Source: Schmidtea polychroa (lineage: Eukaryota). Taken from it: 64,000 bases of DNA. Location of the stretch: positions 28,832,001 through 28,896,000 of the forward strand of contig CM097885.1 of NCBI GenBank assembly GCA_044892525.1. The letters run 5' to 3'. Every line of letters begins with the position of its first letter. Within the stretch, counting starts at the first letter, position 1. Made by a program: the position numbers and the translations under genes. Positions 55,950-64,000 of the stretch are shown one piece after another. The notes under the pieces were generated by a model that saw nothing but the letters and a program-made list of their open reading frames with translations, did no database searches and was not told where the DNA came from.

Positions 55950-58220
55950 TTCCTGTGATTCTTACAGGAAATATGGGCTAGGAATCATTAGAATCTAAAA
56001 TACAGAAACATATTACTATAAAAAGATTTATTCTAGCAGTAGGAAGATCTATTTTAAAATCTATAGGATATGAAATTTATTTTTTATTTACAATTATAAC
56101 TTTTTTACACCACAATATATCTTGTTTTGATTGATCTGGAAAGCTAACTCTATTAGCCGTCAACGCATCTTGTACTAGGGTTTTAATTGTTGAAAATAAA
56201 GAATTTAATTCACATGCTCCAGGAGGTATAATTATATCAGAAGAAGTTATTGGAAATTTGGTTGTAAATTCTGAAGATTTACTATTAAATGAAAAAGTTG
56301 TTGAATATTTTGTTGATAATATATTAACTGTTGTTTCAAAATTTTCATCCATTTATTTTATGTTATATTAATCATTTGCCCATTTTCAACTCGTTATTCT
56401 TTTTAATAACATTTATTCCAATCAAAGATAATTTTTCATCTTTATCTGAAACATCAAAACAAAATATTGAATACAAATTTTAATTGTGGATCTACTTTAA
56501 AAGCATTACATGCATCAACATATGATGAATATAGTTTTGGTTGATCTTTTAAACTAAAAGTCATTGGATCTAGGGAATAATAAGTTGTATTATTTTGAAC
56601 ACGCAAAAATTTTATTTCTTTATCTCCTCCAAGTAATTGTATAAATTTGTAATTGTTTTTTTTAATTCAATAGATTCATCTTTAAATACTATAAAAATAT
56701 ATCGAGGTCTTGAATTTAAAACTGTTGCTTTCCAACTGAATATTGTTTCTGTCGGTATGTCAATATTAGTTGTTATTCTTTGAAGATATCTTACTTTAAT
56801 TGGTTTATCCATATTCATTCTATCCATTATAATAGTTTCTAATTTCGGATTTAATGAGTAAGAGACTCTAAATTTATTTTAAATGAATCATTTACAACTG
56901 TTTCAAATAAATAATTTTTAAAATCAATATTTTTTGTGATTGAAAGTTCAAATGGTATCAAGTAAATTAATTTACTATAATTTTGAAAAAATCTAAATAA
57001 AGTTTCTAAAGAATACATTCCTTCAAATGAAAATGTATATAAACTATCTCGTTCTTTATAACCTTCATTTGTTGCTGTTCCATCACCGACATCTGGAATC
57101 AGACAACTTAATTCTCTATGTTGATTTTTAAAATCAGAATCTGTCATGATAAGATTTAAAATAGAAAAAAATAGGACCAGGCCGTTCTATTCTTTCCAAT
57201 TCTCAAGGACCTAATTTTATAGCCATATCAGTAAATAAATTTAATAACCAGTTATGTTCGAATGCAAATCTATAAGCTGTTATATTTCCACTTATTTTAC
57301 TTTTAGAATATAATCTTGAATTAAAAATACCTAAAGAATTTGATGATTGATTAATACTAAAATATATTTTACCAATATTGTTTAATGCTTCAATACTTGT
57401 TGTAGGAAATACTTCCATAAAATATTTTTCGCAAACATCATGATTAAAACCAAGAGTTTTGTCAAAATCAAAACTTGTTGTCATTTTTAATATAGATCTT
57501 ATTTGAAATATTTCTCAAGGATTTTCTTATACTTGATACTTGTAATTAATTTTGATTTCATCAATCTTGAAAGAATAGCATTAACTTGAATATATGTCCC
57601 ACTTTTGTTGCAGCTAATAATTTCCTCAAATATTCGAACAGTGAAATTGGAATATCTGGGAAATAAAATACATCTAATCCTTTACCTTTTGATTTCTTAG
57701 ATGATTTCCATGATGAAGTCTCAGATGACCCCAATGAGAAGATTTCAGAATCTGTTGTTGTAGATGATGCTTCAGGCTTTTCAGGAAGATGTATTTTAAT
57801 CACTAAAGCTTCATAATAATTTAATTTATCAAAATTAAGTACACCTTGTACTAAATTTATATATTCGAGAACTGTATTTTTATCAACTTGTAAGTTTCAT
57901 TCATCATCGCTTGTCGTTCCTTCAAAAGCGTTTATTTCAATGCATATTAACAACTCAGGTGTTAGTTTATATTTTCATTTGTACTTACATTAAAAATCCA
58001 AAATTCATCATTTTCTAATGTAATTATATATTTATCTTTATTCATCCATAATTCTCTTCCTGTTTCATCTCCTTTCTATAAGAACTACTTCAACTAATCT
58101 TGAACGATTTAGAGCATCAGGGTATGATTTTAAATTTACATTTAATCTAAGTGTTTTCATCTTTGAAGTTATTGGAATTGGTTGGTTTTCATTATTTAAT
58201 ATAGCATCAAAAATTGATCT
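55950..58220 (-). mobile_element. Third Polinton remnant (LLAAxKxGH protein, major capsid, penton fragment)
   Basis: Collinear decayed ORFs 57561-57803, 56355-57484 and 56077-56352. Confidence 0.75.
56355..57484 (-). pseudogene. Polinton major capsid protein
   Basis: LNNIGKIYFSI..NSRLY, LFRFFQNYSKLIY...ELSITK, FSWK....RPRYIFIVF, YSIFCFDVS. Confidence 0.75.
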
Positions 58221-58221
58221 G

Positions 58222-58720
58222 AGTAGTAGGATGTGAGCTCCCCAGACCATGTCCCCTCCAGATCACATATACCCCCTCCCCCCCCGGGAAAAAATTTTAT
58301 TTTTTTTTTTAGAACGATGCCTAATATTTTTAGAACTATTACGTAATTTTTTTTAAATTAAGTGATCCAGCGGGGACCTACTTTTTTTCTTCCCAAAAGT
58401 AATGTTCCCGCCAACAAATTTTATTAACCGATACCTCATCTTCAAGCTCAGTCCAAGACCTTTCGAATGAGCTATAGGTATCTTATATATCTTTAATAGT
58501 TTTAATGTTATTAACAATTGATGACCACCATCTTTTCAACGTTAAATTATTATTATTTTTCAAAATATTATTAAGTGATCCAGCGGGGACCTACTTTTTT
58601 TCATCCCAAAAATTATTGTTCCCGCCAACATATTATATTGATCGATAGCTTATTTTAAAGCTCTGTGCAAGAACTTTCTAATGAGATATAGATTTTTTAT
58701 CATACGATGACTCATCACAT
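58222..58720 (+). mobile_element. Probable Polinton terminus with a duplicated subterminal block
   Basis: Begins AGTAGTAGGATGTGAG, then a C-rich run. Block repeated at 58358 and 58571. Confidence 0.6.
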
Positions 58721-58724
58721 TTTT

Positions 58725-59120
58725 AGAACAAAGACAATGACTCATCACATTTTTAGAATGATGTCTAATATTTTAGAATGATGCCTAATATTTTTAGAAC
58801 GATGCCTAATATTTTTAGAATGATTACGTCATATTTTTAGAACGATGCCTAATATTTTTAGAACGATTACGTCATACTTTTAGAACGATGCCTAATATTT
58901 TTAGAACGATGCCTAATATTTTTAGAACGATTACATCATAATTTTAGAACGATGCCTAATATTTTTAGAATGATTACGTAATACTTTTAGAACGATGCCT
59001 AATATTTTTAGAACGATTACGTCATACTTTTAGAACGAAGCCAAATATTTTTAGAACGATGCCAAATATTTTTAGAATGATTACATCATACTTTTAGAAC
59101 GATGCCTAATATTTTTAGAA
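58725..59120 (+). repeat. Tandem 21-22 bp minisatellite with two alternating unit types
   Basis: TTTTTAGAACGATGCCTAATA and TTTTAGAAYGATTACGTCATA units. Confidence 0.92.
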
Positions 59121-59259
59121 TTAATAATTTTGTTTTAATTATCGATGATTATATAATTTTGTTTAAATCATTGATTATATAATTCTTTTGTTTTAATTAT
59201 AGAATACGTAATAATATAATTTTGTTTAAATCGTTGATTACATATTATTATTTTCTAAG

Positions 59260-59337
<78 letters not shown>

Positions 59338-59488
59338 CATATATACACCGAGTCTATCCGACAAAATATTCTGTCCCCCTATGGGTACTGCTCACAAATG
59401 TACTACTCACATTCAACAAGTCACAAGGGTACTGGTCACACTCAACATGTCGTAAATTATTATTATTATTATTTCAAATACAAGTTCA

Positions 59489-59563
<75 letters not shown>

Positions 59564-59916
59564 GCGCACGGGGAATATTATTATCATATATACTCTTAAT
59601 CTATCCGACAAAATATTCTATCCCTTTATGGGTATTGCTCATATGGGTAATGGTCAAAGGTGTACTACTCACATTCAACATGTCTCAAAGGGTATAATAT
59701 AATTATTATTAAATTCTGACCAACTTAAATCAATGAAGGGGTAGAACAAAAATATATTAAGTTGCGGTATTTTAAATTTAAAAATATTTTAAAAACTTAT
59801 TTTGACACTAAAGTTTACTTAATTAACAAAGACATAATTATTGCACATGCTTTGCATAAATATTATTATTTTTTAAATTTTCAATATTTTCTTTTAAAGT
59901 ATTAACACGCGCGGGA

Positions 59917-59982
<66 letters not shown>

Positions 59983-60282
59983 GTTAATGAAAAATCTAAA
60001 ATATGGTTTACACACACAACCCCTCAACCATTATTATTATTATCAATATTAAAAACCTAAAATATTTTCTACACACACACACACATGCACAACTCATTAA
60101 CCATTATTATTATCATTATTAGTGAAAACCTAAAATATTTTTTACACACACACACAACCCATTAACCATTATTATTATTGCAAATATTAGTCAAAAACAT
60201 AAAAACACTCATAAACCATTATTATTATCAATATTCGTGAACACCTCAAATATTTTTTACACACATATACAACCCATTAAAC

Positions 60283-60345
<63 letters not shown>

Positions 60346-61541
60346 ATTAGTCAAAAACCTAAAATAATTTTTACACACTAAGTTATGGGGTAGAGAATTA
60401 TTATATGTTTGCAATATTCTGTGTTTGCCTTCACGGGAAGTTGACAATAATTTTATACATACATTCCATATACACATACCTTGTTTAACATGGGTGTATA
60501 TAGTCAGAGTTTATCCGACAAAATATTCTGTCCCCCTATGGGTATTGCTCACAAAGGTACTACTCACACTCAACATGTCGCAAGGGTTTTCGAGTTTAAA
60601 GCATATTATGGTTTATTAAGGTTAGTAAATAAAACTTATAACACCTACTATTTTTAATAATATTTAAACGATAAAAATCAAGACAAGAGAGGACAAGGCA
60701 AAGTTTATGCATTTAGTATTGCCAGGCCTAATGAGCAGTGACTAAATATCTGTGCCTGAAAGACACGGTGGATATTTGTTCGCGTCCACAAGGGTCGTCT
60801 GTGCCTCCCCCAAGTGGGGTCAGAAGAACCTGGGCATTATAGCTTTCCGTACGGAACATTACGCCTAGCATGGGTAGTCAACTACCAGCACATTCGAAAC
60901 GTATAATTTCAAAATACATGCGTCATTGGCACTATAACCAAATTAATTAATGTTTTCACTAACACAAATATATATTTACAGAGGCCTCCCACTAGTTAGA
61001 TTACAACCGCCCACCACGACGATCAGCTTGTAAATATATATTAATTAAGGGATAAAGAGGACCCACCCAACCCTATTATATTTAATTTACAAATTTTTCT
61101 CGCTCTTCTGCTGGTAATCTATCTCAAAATTATCATCTCCATCAGGCCATTTGGAATACATTTTGCAAATTGGACATATTTCTTAGTTTCTGATGCGGTG
61201 TCAACTATCATTGCTAAAATTTATATTGATTTAAAAGCAATTAACTTACATTATCTAGCATTTTATCGTCACAGGCTTGATAAATTAGGCAACTGTTATT
61301 TGTGGTATACTTTTTCAATGACATTTCCCACCATAAAACACAGATACCTAAATATAATATATTTATTTTAAAGAATTAATTCATGTCTTACATTAATAAT
61401 AATATTCTTCAGGTAGTACTTTACAATATCTAATTGTTAAAACATCGGTTTTCCCATTTTTCTTGACATTCGTTGAAAGTTTACATAATTTAAGTCTGAT
61501 AATTCATGTTGAAGGACACCTACAATCAGCTAATTCATTTA

Positions 61542-61790
61542 AAAAATCCAGAACATAACTCCTTTAGTGTTTCACCATTTAGTTCATCTTCCTCATAATC
61601 ATATAATTCATGTTTTAATAAGAAATCTCTAAATCTAAAAACTATAACTCCTTTAGTGTTTCACCATTTTGTCTGGTTCATTTTCTTCTATAATTCATGT
61701 TTTAATAAGAAATCTCTAAATCCAGAACATAAGTCTTTTAGTGTTTCACCATTTTGTTCATCTTCTTCATAATCATATAATTCATTTTCT
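61542..61790 (+). repeat. Three tandem ~90-bp units
   Basis: Repeated ataactcctttagtgtttcaccatttt...ataattcatgttttaataagaaatctctaaatc. Confidence 0.85.
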
Positions 61791-64000
61791 TCATTACTAA
61801 GTAAAATAATTAAAATATTGTAGTAAATTCTTTATTTACTTACTTTATGGATACTAAAACGAAAGAAATAAAGTTATATCATAATTATATTTAATTAATT
61901 TAAATTTTAATAATTTAAATTTAGTATTTAATCATATTTAAACAATTTAGTTATTTAAGCATATTTAAACATTAACATTATTATATAGTATTTATAAAAT
62001 ATTATAATATTATAATTTTATGTATTCTAAATTTATTAATAAATACAGTATAATTTTATATAATATTATAATATTATGTACACTTATATATCCTTCATTT
62101 AATTTTTTAAATTCAAAATTTATAATGAAGATTCTTTGAATTAAAAAATATTCTGTTAGTATTTCCAGGCAGTAAACAACGAATTCAATAATTAAAATCT
62201 TAATTTTCATGTTGTTAGGGTTATGGCCAGAATTTAATCGCCATCTAATCGTTTGTTCTCAATTTCGCTCATTTTTGTTCAAAACATTCAGGTGAGTTGT
62301 TATCTGGAAAGTTTCTTTGAGCTCAGTTTTGTTAAAACACTCACGGTATTTTTGAGGGACGTGACACTGGGAATAAATTAACAATGGGTGGTCTTGCATA
62401 CATGTTGTTGGTTTGAACTGTTGATTTATTTTAGAAATATGTATATTAAAAACATTTAAGGTATCATTCAGTAAAATAATATAGTATTTTTGAGTATTTT
62501 TAGTTGATTTATAAATAACAGTATTTTGATATATCAATAAAGACCATATACTCCTAGTTTATCCGACAAAATATTCTGTCCCCCTATGGGTATTGCTAGC
62601 AAGGGTACTGGTCACATTCAACATGTCGCAATATTAATCATTTAGAAATTCTTAGGTAATTTAGTGAGATGATCAGAAATTCGTGAATATTTTAAATGTA
62701 ACTTTACACTTATGTCGAGCGACTAATTTATTGGTTAACTTTGTAGTCATTTAAAGCAAAAATTAATTTATTCATCTAATGTTCGTTACAATAGTTAATA
62801 ATATGAGAAAAACATGGTCATTATTCATTGATAATTTTAAATTCTTTATCATTTGGAGTAAATTTGTTTGAGGCAAAAATAATTAAAGGAGTCATAATAG
62901 AAATATGGTTATCATTTATCCAATTAAGGTGCTTATTAGTTAAAAATATATATTATAAAGTAACAATTCTTTTCTAATTTAATTAGATGATCATTAGACG
63001 TAATATATCTTTGCGAGAAATTTAAGATGTTTGAGTAACCAAAACATTGATATTTTGGGTCATCAATTTATGAATAGTGCTTAATTTTCTCATTTTTAGT
63101 GATTTAAAATAATATTTAGCAAAGGTAATTTGGCAAAATATCACTTATCCATCCGATAACAATATTCCTTCAATAGATATTCAACCGATTTAATTTCTAA
63201 TTAAAATCATAAAATTCCTTCAATAAAGATCAATTTTCTTTAGCCGTTGTCGATTTCCAACTTTTAAGTCAATATTTCTCAAGTTTTGTCACTGATGTCC
63301 CCACAATGAATAAAATAACTTCTTAAGTAAAATAATTTAAAGCAATAACCTTTGATATCAATCCCAATTAATTCTAAAGATTTCAAATATTTCATTGTGA
63401 AAACCAAGTAAATTGATCATTAACCCTAAACGACTTAATAAAACAGTGGATAATTAATATAAAACTGGTTCTAAAACATAAATCTAAATTACTGTGCAAT
63501 AACATTCATCACAACCTAATAAACCTCTAAAACGATATAATTTCACAGGAACTATTATTAATTCATAGCTAAATACTGACTATTTCCCTTTAAAATTTAC
63601 CAATAAGAACATTGTCGATTTAAATAGAGATTTTAAACATTTCCACCAAATATTTCTATCATTTTAATCACCTTAAAAATCATATATTACCATCTTAACC
63701 AACCGACTTTAATATATCAGACCTTTAATATATCAATTCTCTTAAAATCCATAGAAAATTCTTCAAAATATGAATTTTATTTATTTGTTACAGACATCCT
63801 TCCATTGAAATAATTTAGTATCTAAATTCAAAGAGTCCACTAAAAGATCAAAATTTACTAAAATCAATATTTTCTACAAATATTTCACCACATTTACCAT
63901 CAAATACCTAACTAGAAATGAAATATATCGATTGATCATAATTCTTCATCGATTCAGCTAATTATATAGCAATTATAACGTGATATATCTTTCAAAATCA

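Noticed and set aside
58725..59120. CRISPR-like periodic array
   Set aside because: No unique spacers, no cas genes, eukaryotic context; it is a minisatellite.
60720..60810. Possible hammerhead ribozyme (CTAATGA...GAAA)
   Set aside because: The core deviates from CUGANGA, the cleavage triplet would end in G, and stems I and II do not register cleanly.
62259..62537. Possible Penelope GIY-YIG C-terminal fragment
   Set aside because: Similarity (KETFQI...LNKNE) is too short to support a call.

Overview
AT-rich animal genomic DNA, almost entirely nested mobile elements. The composition and element mix suggest a planarian-like flatworm; this is inference only. From left to right: (1) a decayed BEL/Pao LTR retrotransposon whose Gag is preceded by a near-canonical ubiquitin; (2) hAT fragments, a ~1.5 kb pure (ATC)n tract and solo LTRs; (3) a Polinton/Maverick remnant; (4) a decayed Gypsy element whose reconstructed polyprotein reads Gag(4x CCHC)-[helical+UBL]x2-Bcl-2-like-signal peptide-chuvirus-type envelope glycoprotein-protease-RT-RNase H, so env lies between gag and pol; (5) the last three exons of host CFAP45 (minus strand). 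The ~19 kb final CFAP45 intron holds a second Polinton interrupted by a Tc1/IS630 element, a solo LTR, a MITE and a nested hAT/hATm pair. The upstream intron holds a third Polinton remnant and Polinton-type terminal repeats. All protein-family calls come from motif recognition by eye; no searches were run.
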